Shown: positions 16,067 to 25,860, numbered from the stretch's first letter. The stretch is DNA of 64,000 nucleotides from Terrimicrobiaceae bacterium (GCA_041752695.1 JBGSVZ010000016.1:1-64000), one strand, 5' to 3'. Notes: generated by a model not told the origin, from the sequence alone. Numbers and translations: made by a program.

Positions 16067-18115
16067 ATGCCTGTAAGAACACCCAGCCTCCGCGTTGCTG
16101 CGTACTTAGCCTTCACTCTTGGCCTCCTCCCCGCGTCAGCCCAGCAGTCTCCTGTGCCTGTCAATGCCGTGGGAGGACCCAAGGTTCTCTTTGATCCCGG
16201 GGCCCCCGACGCCGCGAGCCAGGTGGGCATCAACGGTGGACCCGAGGGCGGAGCCTCCTTTGAGGTTAATCGCAACGGAATCGATGTGACCGTCCAGCCC
16301 AACGGAAAGTCTGGCTTCCCCGGTGTGATAATCACGCCGCCCAAGCCATGGGATGCCAGCGGATTCGGTCATGTCGAGGTAAGGATCTCCAATAATGGCA
16401 CCAAGCTCTTCCGTGCCAACCTGCGCCTCGACAACGAGGGGCCTTGGCAGGAGAATCGCTGGAGCGCGAACATTCAAACCATCAAACCTGGGGAGAGTGC
16501 AGTCGTTTCGACAATTTTCGGATATCAATACGGGAAAGCTGGCTATGCGCTGAAGCCGGAGGCCATCAGCAGCGCGACCATCTTCATCGGAAAATCCGAC
16601 GTCGAGCAGAAGATGCGCATTGAGTCCCTGATTGCGGCCGGCCCCGCGGGTGAAAAGCCCTATGTGGATCCTAACACGGTCGCAGTTAAGCCTCCCGGCG
16701 GTGTCATTTTTGATGCCTCCACCCCGGTCGATGCCGCGAAACAGTTGGTGGCGCGTGGTGCCAAGGCTGGGACAGGGCCGGACGGGAGGTCCCTCCAGAT
16801 CGAAATTCCTGCCGGTGTGTCCAATGCCTCGGTCCTTTTCCGGCCCGCATCCGGCATGTGGAATTTGAATCAACATCTGCAAGTGCGCGTCCGGCTGAAA
16901 AACACCGGTCCGTCCGACATTACCCCCGCGGTGCGTTTGGAGAGCCGGGGCAACGGTGTTTCGGACACCATCGCCGCCCAGTCCCCGATCAAACCTGGAA
17001 CCGAGGGGGAGATTGTGGTGCTGTTTGCTGCTGCCGTTCCCTGGAAGATCCCGGTGATAGAGCCGGACCAGAGTAACTATGATTTGAAGAAGGAATGGGC
17101 TGAGAATGTTCCCGGTACTGGCACGACTTACAAAAGCAATGTGACCTCGGGCATTGCGTTTCTTCCAGGCAGCGGCCCGCAGAATTTTATCGTCACTTCG
17201 ATTGTCGCCGACATGCCGCCGCGGCCTGAGTTGCCCGCATGGCTGGGGAAGAAGCCGCCGGTGGATGGTGACTGGGTGCAGACTTTGGATGAAAATTTCG
17301 ACGGGGACACTATCAATTCCAAACTCTGGAACATCTACACGGAGAAGGAATGGCACCTTGGCGCACAGACCCATTATTCGAAAGACAACGTGATCGTGAA
17401 GGACGGGAAACTTTCCCTTCGGGTGGAGAAAAAACGCGGTCACCACAACGATAATCCGGATTACGTCGCCAATGATTATGCCACCGGGTATGCCGACACC
17501 TTTGGGAAATGGACACAAAGATACGGGTATTTTGAGGCGAGACTGAAGATGCCCGCGGCACCGAGCATGTTTCCCGCCTTCTGGCTCATGCCGGACCGTG
17601 GAATAGACACCCCGGCCGGCCAATGGGGAAAAGCCGCCGAGCGCACCAGCACCAAGGATGGCGGGATGGAGTTTGATATCATGGAGACGCTTTCGATCTG
17701 GGGGCCAAACCGACACGACTTTGGCATGCATTGGGATGGCTATATGAAACACCACAAATCCACCGGCATGTTCACGGCTTACGTGCAGCCGGATCAGGAC
17801 GGTTTCATCACGGTTGGCATGCTTTGGACCCCAAGTCTGGTGATCATGTATGACAACGGTAAAGAGGCGGCGCGCTGGGAAAGCCCGCGGATTGCCAATA
17901 CTCAGGAATACATCATTCTGACCATGCTGACCGGTGGGTGGGAATCCGAACCGATGGATGACGCCCAACTTCCTTCGGACTTTGTCCTCGACTACATCCG
18001 CGTCTGGCAACGCAAAGATCTGGCCTCGCCGGAAGACGGTCCCAAACCCAATGAGGGCGGCCCTCTGGCACCCGGCATTACGCAGGAAGTTCCTGCTGCG
18101 AAGGCAAACCCCTGA
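16067..18115 (+). CDS. Secreted multidomain glycoside hydrolase family 16 (copy 2, paralogue of 10798-12741)
   Basis: Signal peptide, WTQRYGYFEARLKMP, FPAFWLMPDRG, EFDIME, and ending DYIRVWQRKDLASPEDGPKPN. Confidence 0.88.
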   Translation: MPVRTPSLRVAAYLAFTLGLLPASAQQSPVPVNAVGGPKVLFDPGAPDAASQVGINGGPEGGASFEVNRNGIDVTVQPNGKSGFPGVIITPPKPWDASGFGHVEVRISNNGTKLFRANLRLDNEGPWQENRWSANIQTIKPGESAVVSTIFGYQYGKAGYALKPEAISSATIFIGKSDVEQKMRIESLIAAGPAGEKPYVDPNTVAVKPPGGVIFDASTPVDAAKQLVARGAKAGTGPDGRSLQIEIPAGVSNASVLFRPASGMWNLNQHLQVRVRLKNTGPSDITPAVRLESRGNGVSDTIAAQSPIKPGTEGEIVVLFAAAVPWKIPVIEPDQSNYDLKKEWAENVPGTGTTYKSNVTSGIAFLPGSGPQNFIVTSIVADMPPRPELPAWLGKKPPVDGDWVQTLDENFDGDTINSKLWNIYTEKEWHLGAQTHYSKDNVIVKDGKLSLRVEKKRGHHNDNPDYVANDYATGYADTFGKWTQRYGYFEARLKMPAAPSMFPAFWLMPDRGIDTPAGQWGKAAERTSTKDGGMEFDIMETLSIWGPNRHDFGMHWDGYMKHHKSTGMFTAYVQPDQDGFITVGMLWTPSLVIMYDNGKEAARWESPRIANTQEYIILTMLTGGWESEPMDDAQLPSDFVLDYIRVWQRKDLASPEDGPKPNEGGPLAPGITQEVPAAKANP

Positions 18116-18131
18116 ACTCTTGTCCAAAATA

Positions 18132-20183
18132 GTGAAGAATCTTTTCGAGCGCCCCGTGATGTCGGTCGCGGCGTCAATCGTAGGCTTGGTGCTAACCGCT
18201 GGCGTCCGTGGCGAAACATCCTCCGGAAACCGCCCTGCTGAGTCAGCGGAAATGATCTCCTCCTATGATGTGGAGCACGTTAGCGCGGCCGCCAAGGGTT
18301 TGATAGCCACGATCAATACCGATCCGAAGCTGGCCGAATCAGGCGGCTCCCTCAAGTTGGAGCCATTGGCTGGTTTTGATCTCGCTGTTATGCAATACAA
18401 CTGGAGAAGTCCCGCCGGAACGTTCAACGGGGAGGGAATCAAGTTTTGGGCCAAGGCCGCGTCGCAAAAGGTGACGCTTTCGGTGGTTATCAGTATCCTC
18501 CGCCCACCACCGGCGGGGGCCGCCACCTACGCCGCCAATGTCGTGGTGTCGAACCAGGGCTCAATCATCGTGGTGCCCTTCCGCGATTTTGTCCACGTGT
18601 CCGGTGCGACCGCAGACTTTCCGGCCGAGGTGAGTCAGTACCTGACGTATTGTTTTTTCAAATTTTACCAAACCCCGATCAGCGCGGTGTGGATTGATTC
18701 GCTGCAGAACATGGGTTCGGGCGATATGAAAACGGAAACCGTCTTGGGACCACCTGACACGGAGGTGGTGGATCCGGATTTGGCGTTTACTCCCGGGGAG
18801 GAAAGTTCGGATCTCGCTCCCATGCTTTATAATTTTCGCAGCCTTCCGGCCGGATTTGGCGTCAAGGGTTTTAAGGTCGATGGAGCGGGTTCGCCGCCCC
18901 TCATTGCCAATCCCGACAAGGTTGACGCGGGCACGGCGGTAAAACTGGAGCCTGCGCTTGGCACGAACCTTGCCAACACCCAGTTTAATTTCCGCATCCC
19001 TGCCGGCTCCATTACGGGGAGCGGGATTAAATTTTGGGCAAAGTCGGAAGTGGAGGGCACGGTGCTCGATTTTATCATGGATGCCGGCGGCACCTACGCC
19101 ACGCAAATTGCGCTTAGCACGAAAGGCAAGTTTTACGAAGTGCCGTTCAAGGAACTCCAGCATCGCTCCGGGGGCTTCACGAACATCGGAAAGTCTGTCC
19201 GGGAGAATATGACTTATGTGTTCTTCAAGTATTTCAAGGCGCCCATTTCCACGATCTACGTCGACTCCATTCAGGACATCGAATTTGATCCTGCCAAGGA
19301 GGCTTCGGATCCGGTGGCCGCCGTTGTTCCGGCTATCGAGGCACAAGTGGCCCCGACGGGGGTGTCCTCGGACAGGGTGGAAGACCCGGCGGATCGGGCG
19401 CCGATCAACGATCCAAACTGGAAACTCGCGTGGAGGGAGGAATTTAACGGACCGGCGATTGACACCGCCGTATGGAACTGGGCGCCGCCGCAGAATCGCA
19501 ATAGCGAGATCGGGTATTTCACGGACCGCCCGGAAAACTCCCGGATTGAAGACGGGCAGCTTGTCATCACCAGCCTTAAGGAAAACTACAAGAATCTCGC
19601 GGAATATACCTCGGCTGAGCTTACAACGAAAGCCAAGGTGGGATTTCAATACGGGAAGCTCGAGATCTCCGCAAAACTTCCACGGGGCCAAGGGGCGTGG
19701 CCTGCCTTCTGGCTGCTTGGGGAATCGGGCGCCTGGCCGGCCAACGGGGAGATCGATGTGATGGAGATGATTGGTGGCAAAAACGATGGCGCGACGAAGG
19801 GAGAAAATGTCATCAATGGGAGTCTCCATTGGTCAGACGCGGCCAATCGCCACCGTTCTTCCGGTGAACATTACACCTTGCCCGAGGGCAAGTTTACCGA
19901 GGGCTACCACAAGATCGGTATTCTTTGGTCGAGAAACAAAATTCGTTGGTACGTGGACGATCATATTTATCGCGAGGCCGACATCTCTCCAGCGGATATG
20001 TCGGAGTTCCACCAGCGAATGTATGTGCTTCTGAATACCTCCATCGGCGGCGGCTGGCCTGGCAATCCCGATGAAACGACGGTTTTTCCCATGAACTACA
20101 ACATCGATTACCTCCGTTATTACACTTACTCCGATCCCGCCGCGGGAGACCAAAAAAATTCCAAACCCGAAGATTCGAAATGA
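18132..20183 (+). CDS. GH16 laminarinase-like enzyme with two N-terminal CBM-like repeats
   Basis: WKLAWREEFNG, YTSAELTTK, QYGKLEISAKLPRGQGAWPAFWLLG, WPANGEIDVME, GGGWPG. Start is GTG 18132 or ATG 18159. Confidence 0.88.
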   Translation: MKNLFERPVMSVAASIVGLVLTAGVRGETSSGNRPAESAEMISSYDVEHVSAAAKGLIATINTDPKLAESGGSLKLEPLAGFDLAVMQYNWRSPAGTFNGEGIKFWAKAASQKVTLSVVISILRPPPAGAATYAANVVVSNQGSIIVVPFRDFVHVSGATADFPAEVSQYLTYCFFKFYQTPISAVWIDSLQNMGSGDMKTETVLGPPDTEVVDPDLAFTPGEESSDLAPMLYNFRSLPAGFGVKGFKVDGAGSPPLIANPDKVDAGTAVKLEPALGTNLANTQFNFRIPAGSITGSGIKFWAKSEVEGTVLDFIMDAGGTYATQIALSTKGKFYEVPFKELQHRSGGFTNIGKSVRENMTYVFFKYFKAPISTIYVDSIQDIEFDPAKEASDPVAAVVPAIEAQVAPTGVSSDRVEDPADRAPINDPNWKLAWREEFNGPAIDTAVWNWAPPQNRNSEIGYFTDRPENSRIEDGQLVITSLKENYKNLAEYTSAELTTKAKVGFQYGKLEISAKLPRGQGAWPAFWLLGESGAWPANGEIDVMEMIGGKNDGATKGENVINGSLHWSDAANRHRSSGEHYTLPEGKFTEGYHKIGILWSRNKIRWYVDDHIYREADISPADMSEFHQRMYVLLNTSIGGGWPGNPDETTVFPMNYNIDYLRYYTYSDPAAGDQKNSKPEDSK

Positions 20184-20842
20184 AAACAAAAACCGTCTGT
20201 ATGTTAGCCGTCGTGATGGCTGGACTGCTCCGAGCCGTAGCTGGGCCCGAGCTCTCAGGCGACGCCGTCAAATGGTGCGACTGGACTAATCCGAATGTGG
20301 GAGTCACCACGGGTTTCTATGCCAATGCCGGCACCTTTACCGCCGCTCAGGACGGGAATGGCATTTTCGGCGAAGGCGTCGGCGAAGTCGGTTTCGTCAG
20401 CAACAACGAGGCTCCGGTGCCGGTCCACCAATTCGGTAACGCCTTATGGAAAAGTGGAGCGACGCATGCCTTGATCAACACGGACGAGTTGGAGGGCAAA
20501 GCGGGTCTTGAGCTCCTCGTGAGCGTGGATGCCTCGTCCACTTCGGACAAGATCTGCATCATGTTGTCCGCGACGGATGGAGACTTTTACGGGCTGACCG
20601 TTCCTGTGGAAAAGGGATCCATCCAACGCGTGCAGTTTCCCTTGGCGGACTTCAAGAGCGAAAAGAGTCCCGGAGCGAAGTTGACGGACTTTTCGGTTTT
20701 GACCGGGACCCTCCAGATTTCCGATGGTTGGAATGGCTTTCCGAAACCCGCACAGGAAGTTTGGATTTGTAAATTTAGCAACATCTACGCCTACGAAGAA
20801 GCTGGGTCGTCGGGGAACACTTCCTCCAAAGGGGCGAAGTAG
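20180..20842 (+). CDS. Secreted hypothetical protein, possibly a stand-alone carbohydrate-binding (CBM11/CIA30-like) module
   Basis: Signal peptide MKTKTVCMLAVVMAGLLRAVA. DGDFYGLTVPV...VQFPLADF resembles a CBM11/CIA30 strand pattern. ATGA-coupled to the GH16 gene. Confidence 0.55.
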   Translation: MKTKTVCMLAVVMAGLLRAVAGPELSGDAVKWCDWTNPNVGVTTGFYANAGTFTAAQDGNGIFGEGVGEVGFVSNNEAPVPVHQFGNALWKSGATHALINTDELEGKAGLELLVSVDASSTSDKICIMLSATDGDFYGLTVPVEKGSIQRVQFPLADFKSEKSPGAKLTDFSVLTGTLQISDGWNGFPKPAQEVWICKFSNIYAYEEAGSSGNTSSKGAK

Positions 20843-20855
20843 CAGCCGCACGTCG

Positions 20856-22211
20856 ATGTCTTTTCCTAAAAACTTCTCGTGGGGGGTGGCTTCTGCGTCC
20901 TATCAGATCGAAGGTGCCCCGTCGGAGGACGGGAAGGGGCCGTCGGTCTGGGATATGTTCTGCCGGAAACCCGGGGCCGTCTGGCAGGGACAGAACGGGG
21001 ATGTCGCCTGCGACCATTATCATCGGTGGCGGGAGGATGTCAGGCTGATGAAGGCGCTTGGGATCAAGGCCTATCGGTTTTCGATCTCGTGGCCAAGGGT
21101 GATGCCCGACGGAACCGGACGGGTGAATCCCAAGGGGATGGAATTTTACAGCAACCTGGTCGACGCACTTCTGGAGGCGGGGATCGAGCCGTGGATCACC
21201 CTCTTTCATTGGGATTATCCTCTGGCGCTTTATCACAAAGGCGGCTGGCTGAATCGTGAGAGCGCCGACTGGTTTGCGGAGTATGCCGCCGTGGTCACCG
21301 GGGAGCTTTCTGACCGCGTGACGCGTTGGATTACTCACAATGAACCGCAGTGTTTCATTGGGTTGGGACTGGAAAAGGGCGAGCATGCGCCGGGCGACCG
21401 ACTGCGATTTGACGAAGTGCTGCTTGCCACGCACCATGCCCTGCTTGCCCACGGAAAGGCCGTTCGGGCGATTCGCGCGAATGCCAGGACTTCACCCTTC
21501 ATCGGTATCGCCATGGTTGCGGCGCCGGGTTACCCCGTCACGGATTCTCCCGCGGATGTCGAGGCCGCCCGCAAGGCGATGTTCCGGACGACCGAGCGGA
21601 CAGCCTTCCAGAACTCGTGGTGGTCGGATCCCATCTTCCGCGGCCATTATCCGCAGGATGGGATCGAATTGTTCGGGGAGATGGTTCCGGAAATTCACCC
21701 CGGCGACATGGAGATCATTTCGGAACCGATCGACTTTTTTGGGGCTAATATCTATTATGGTTTTCCGTTCAAGGCGGGCACAGATGGCGAACCAGAGGCG
21801 GTCCCGCTGCCTGCGGGCTATCCCAAGACCACCCAGGACTTTTGGCCCGTCACGCCGGCATCGCTCTACTGGGGACCGCGATTCCTCCATGAGCGGTATA
21901 AGGTGCCGATCGTCATTACCGAGAACGGCCACCAAAATGCCGACGTCATTTCATTGGATGGCAAAGTGCATGATCCCCAGCGGATTGACTATCTTCACCG
22001 CCATCTTCTCGAGTTGCGGAGGGCCATCGCGGATGGCGTGCCGGTGCTTGGGTATATGCAATGGTGCTTCACCGACAATTTCGAATGGGCCAAAGGGGAC
22101 GCCATCCGGGTCGGATTGGTCTACACGGATTATCCCACCCAGCGACGCATCCCCAAGGATTCCGCCCACTGGTACCGAGAAGTGATCCGGACAAACGGGG
22201 CGACCCTTTAG
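20856..22211 (+). CDS. GH1 beta-glucosidase (copy 1)
   Basis: FPKNFSWGVASASYQIEGA, DHYHRW, AYRFSISWPR, acid/base THNEP, nucleophile ITENG, DNFEW. Confidence 0.95.
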   Translation: MSFPKNFSWGVASASYQIEGAPSEDGKGPSVWDMFCRKPGAVWQGQNGDVACDHYHRWREDVRLMKALGIKAYRFSISWPRVMPDGTGRVNPKGMEFYSNLVDALLEAGIEPWITLFHWDYPLALYHKGGWLNRESADWFAEYAAVVTGELSDRVTRWITHNEPQCFIGLGLEKGEHAPGDRLRFDEVLLATHHALLAHGKAVRAIRANARTSPFIGIAMVAAPGYPVTDSPADVEAARKAMFRTTERTAFQNSWWSDPIFRGHYPQDGIELFGEMVPEIHPGDMEIISEPIDFFGANIYYGFPFKAGTDGEPEAVPLPAGYPKTTQDFWPVTPASLYWGPRFLHERYKVPIVITENGHQNADVISLDGKVHDPQRIDYLHRHLLELRRAIADGVPVLGYMQWCFTDNFEWAKGDAIRVGLVYTDYPTQRRIPKDSAHWYREVIRTNGATL

Positions 22212-22273
22212 GAGTCAAATTACCATGCCCGATCCTCAGAACAACACCAAGACCCTTGATGCGGAGCGTCACC

Positions 22274-23215
22274 ATGAACTATCTCGGAATAGAAATCGGA
22301 GGCAGTAAACTGCAGATGGTTTCGGGCACCAAGGAGGGCGGCGTCTTGGACTGCCAGCAGTGGACGGTGGATCGCTCTCTGGGAGGCGCTGGTATTCGCC
22401 GGCAAATTGAGGGCGGGGTCCGAAGGCTTCAGCCGCAGTTTTTATGGAAGTCTATCGGCGTCGGTTATGGAGGCCCCGTCGATTCGTTCACGGGGCAGGT
22501 TTGCTGGTCACACCATGTGCCGGGTTGGGAGGATTTTCCTTTAGCGGGGTGGCTGCGGGAACTGACGGGACTTCCGGTCAGTGTTGATAACGATACGAAC
22601 GTTGCCGCGTTCGGCGAGGCCTTACTGGGAGCGGGCGTCGGCCAGAACCCGGTTTTTTACACCAACTCCGGCAGTGGCGTCGGCGGGGGACTCGTTGTTG
22701 ATGGGAGAATTTACCACGGCGCAAAACCGGGGGAGGCTGAGTTCGGACACTTGCGGCTGAATACAAATGGAACAACCGTCGAGGAACGATGCTCAGGCTG
22801 GGCGGTGGATAAGAGTGTCGCTGAAGAAATTGGACGCGAACCGGAAAGTATTCTTGCGCGACTCTCCGTGCTTTTAGGGTCGCAGGATGCCCGCTTGTTG
22901 GCACCGGCGCTCGCTGAGAATTGTCCGGGTGCACGGCGAATCATCGATCAGGCGGCCGGCGATCTGGCTTTTGCCCTTTCGCATGTGGTCCACCTCTTTC
23001 ATCCCGAAGTCATCGTCCTCGGTGGCGGGCTGGCGCAAATGGGCGAACCCTGGCGCGACGCAGTGGCACGAGCCCTGCCGCCTTTCGTCATGAAGGCCTT
23101 CGCACCAGGACCAGCGGTTTGTCTTGCGGCCCTGGGTGAACACGCCGTGCCGGCGGGTGCGATCCTCCTGGCCCAAAAATTTACCCTCACCTCAAAACCA
23201 AATCACCGAACATGA
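22274..23215 (+). CDS. ROK-family sugar kinase
   Basis: YLGIEIGGSK, VSVDNDTN, GSGVGGGLVVDG, AEFGH, PEVIVLGGG. Confidence 0.9.
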   Translation: MNYLGIEIGGSKLQMVSGTKEGGVLDCQQWTVDRSLGGAGIRRQIEGGVRRLQPQFLWKSIGVGYGGPVDSFTGQVCWSHHVPGWEDFPLAGWLRELTGLPVSVDNDTNVAAFGEALLGAGVGQNPVFYTNSGSGVGGGLVVDGRIYHGAKPGEAEFGHLRLNTNGTTVEERCSGWAVDKSVAEEIGREPESILARLSVLLGSQDARLLAPALAENCPGARRIIDQAAGDLAFALSHVVHLFHPEVIVLGGGLAQMGEPWRDAVARALPPFVMKAFAPGPAVCLAALGEHAVPAGAILLAQKFTLTSKPNHRT

Positions 23216-23784
23216 AAAACTGGTTCTCAACCTACCTTGAAACCCAAAAAGCCGCGCTGGACTCGATCCCTTTTGAAAAGATTCACGAGCTGATCGCAAT
23301 CCTCCGAGCCACCTTGGAGGCAGATCGCCAGATCCTGGTCTTTGGCAATGGGGGCAGTGCCGCAAACAGTTCACACTTTGCCACGGACCTTGGTAAGGGA
23401 GCCTCCGACAAACTTGGCAAGCGGTTCCGGGTGCTTTCGCTGAATGACAATGCAAGCTGGATGACGGCTATTGGCAACGACTATGCCTATGAGGATGTTT
23501 TCCTCCGCCAGCTGCAAAATTATGGACGCCGCGGTGATGTGGCGCTCACGATGAGCGTGAGCGGGAATTCGCCCAGCTGCGTCAAAGCGTTGGAGTGGGC
23601 AAAGTCGAACGGCCTGGTGACAGTTGCTCTCCTGAGCGCCAAGCGTGGCCATCTCGCGAAGATTGCCGAACATGCGATCATCGTGAACGACACTCATTTC
23701 GGCCGGGTCGAGGACGCCCATATGACCATTTGCCACCTCCTTTGTTACGCCTTTATGGAGAATCCAGAGCCATCAGAATTATGA
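23212..23784 (+). CDS. SIS-domain phosphosugar isomerase (GmhA-like)
   Basis: FGNGGSAANSSH, TAIGND, SVSGNS, VEDAH. Confidence 0.88.
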   Translation: MKNWFSTYLETQKAALDSIPFEKIHELIAILRATLEADRQILVFGNGGSAANSSHFATDLGKGASDKLGKRFRVLSLNDNASWMTAIGNDYAYEDVFLRQLQNYGRRGDVALTMSVSGNSPSCVKALEWAKSNGLVTVALLSAKRGHLAKIAEHAIIVNDTHFGRVEDAHMTICHLLCYAFMENPEPSEL

Positions 23785-25250
23785 ACGATTCCCCCTCCTC
23801 TTTACAACCCGCATCGGGGGGCACAATGCCGTCGCACCCGTTTCTTCGCAGAGCGGAGGGAGTGTCGAACTCTTCTGATTCCCTTTTTCCAGACAACTTC
23901 GCTTGGGGCGCCGCAACCGCGTCCTACCAGATCGAGGGGGCGTGGGATGCCTCCGGCAAGGGGGAATCCGTCTGGGACATGCTTTGTCATCAATCCGGAA
24001 AAATCTGGGAGCGCCATACCGGCGATACGGCCTGCGATCATTATCATCGCTTTCCAGAGGATGTCGGTCTGATGGCCGAGGTGGGGCTTCAAGCCTATCG
24101 ATTGAGCATCTCCTGGCCCCGCGTGCTTCCTGCCGGGACCGGTCCCGTAAACAAGACAGGTCTCGATTTCTACGACAGACTGGTTGATTCCCTCCTCGCG
24201 AAACGGATTACGCCGTGGGTCACTTTGTTTCATTGGGATTACCCTTATGACCTGTTTCTGCGTGGCGGCTGGCTAAACCCCGATAGTCCAAAATGGTTCG
24301 CCGATTATGTCAGAGTCGTCGTCGAACGACTTTCGGATCGCGTGAAACACTGGATCACGCTCAACGAGCCTCAGTGTTTTATCGGCGAAGGGCACCTGAA
24401 CGGCTCTCACGCTCCGGGACTCAAGTTGGGGTTCAAGGAGGTGCTTTTGGCGGCCCATCATGTCTTGATGGCCCACGGGATGGCGGTGCAAGTGATCAGG
24501 GCAACTGCCAAACAACCCGCGCAAGTCGGCTGGGCCCCGGTAGGGTCGGGTTATTATCCGGCGACGGACTCCGCAGCAGACCGCACGGCTTCCTGGCGGG
24601 CCATGGAGTCGGTTTATCCCGGCAGCGTATGGAATACCGTCTGGTGGGCGGATCCGGTGATTCTGGGGTCCTATCCGGAAGAAGGACTCCGGGTCTATGG
24701 GGCCGACGCACCGAAATTCACATCGGCCGATCTGGCAACGATTTGCCAGCCGCTGGATTTTTATGGTTGTAATGTTTACAGCAACGGAAAGATCCAGGCA
24801 GGCTCGGACGGGAACCCACTCGCGGCGCCCCATCCTCCGGGTTATCCTCACACGCTGATCAACTGGCCGGTCACCCCGGAGGCACTCTACTGGTCGCCGA
24901 AATTTTTGTTTGATCGCTACAAACTTCCGATCGTGGTGACAGAGAATGGCCTCTCCGGCATGGACTGGGTCTCTAGGGATGGTCGCGTCCACGATGCCGC
25001 GCGCATCGATTTTCTGGGGAGATACCTGCTGTGCCTTCATCAGGCGATCCGGGAGGGTGTTGACGTGCGGGGTTATTTCCAGTGGTCATTTTTGGATAAC
25101 TTTGAATGGGCGGAAGGGTACAAACACCGTTTCGGTTTGGTTCATGTCGACTTCGAAACCCAGAAGCGGACCTTGAAGGATTCGGCGCTCTGGTACCGGG
25201 AGGTGATTCAAACCAACGGGGCAGCCTTGTCCGGAACATCGGTTCTTTGA
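23781..25250 (+). CDS. GH1 beta-glucosidase (copy 2)
   Basis: FPDNFAWGAATASYQIEG, TLNEP, VTENG, WSFLDNFEWAEGY. Confidence 0.95.
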   Translation: MNDSPSSLQPASGGTMPSHPFLRRAEGVSNSSDSLFPDNFAWGAATASYQIEGAWDASGKGESVWDMLCHQSGKIWERHTGDTACDHYHRFPEDVGLMAEVGLQAYRLSISWPRVLPAGTGPVNKTGLDFYDRLVDSLLAKRITPWVTLFHWDYPYDLFLRGGWLNPDSPKWFADYVRVVVERLSDRVKHWITLNEPQCFIGEGHLNGSHAPGLKLGFKEVLLAAHHVLMAHGMAVQVIRATAKQPAQVGWAPVGSGYYPATDSAADRTASWRAMESVYPGSVWNTVWWADPVILGSYPEEGLRVYGADAPKFTSADLATICQPLDFYGCNVYSNGKIQAGSDGNPLAAPHPPGYPHTLINWPVTPEALYWSPKFLFDRYKLPIVVTENGLSGMDWVSRDGRVHDAARIDFLGRYLLCLHQAIREGVDVRGYFQWSFLDNFEWAEGYKHRFGLVHVDFETQKRTLKDSALWYREVIQTNGAALSGTSVL

Positions 25251-25344
25251 TCAAGGCGTTGTTTTTTCACCAGGAGCGGGTTTTCCGGAGGTTTGAATTT
25301 TTCGCGGGACGTTCTCCCGGGTTCCGTATGAACTCGGCGCCTGC

Positions 25345-25860
25345 ATGAAGAAAGTGGTCATCCATACCGATGGCGGATGTTTGGGCAACCCTGGACCTGG
25401 CGGTTGGGCGGCCGTGCTGGCTTACGGCGAGACGACCAAGGAGATTTCTGGGGGCGTGCCGGCCACGACCAACAACCGGATGGAATTGCAAGCTGCCATC
25501 GAGTCGCTCCGCTCGCTGAAGGAACCCTGCGAGGTGGAGTTTTTTACCGATTCGGAATATTTGCGGAAAGGCGTGACGGAATGGATCTGGGGGTGGAAAC
25601 GGAATGGCTGGGTGACCAAAGCAAAACAACCCGTGAAGAATGCCGACCTGTGGCGGGTCCTCGAAACGCTCCTCGGTCCCCATAAAATCACCTGGCGCTG
25701 GTTGAAAGGACACGCTGGTCATGCCGGCAACGAACGCTGTGACGAACTGGCCCGCGAGGCCATCGAAATGCTGAAGCGCGCTTACACCCGCGAGCAGCTC
25801 AAAGCCCACCTCCGGGAGTTTACCGAGGCGCAGAAACCAGCCGCCCTTCCCGGATTTTGA
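25345..25860 (+). CDS. rnhA: Ribonuclease HI
   Basis: [47 protein letters not shown]. Confidence 0.97.
   Translation: MKKVVIHTDGGCLGNPGPGGWAAVLAYGETTKEISGGVPATTNNRMELQAAIESLRSLKEPCEVEFFTDSEYLRKGVTEWIWGWKRNGWVTKAKQPVKNADLWRVLETLLGPHKITWRWLKGHAGHAGNERCDELAREAIEMLKRAYTREQLKAHLREFTEAQKPAALPGF

Noticed and set aside
16136..19829. 663-aa and 422-aa minus-strand ORFs
   Set aside because: Antisense to well-supported GH16 genes; typical high-GC shadow ORFs.
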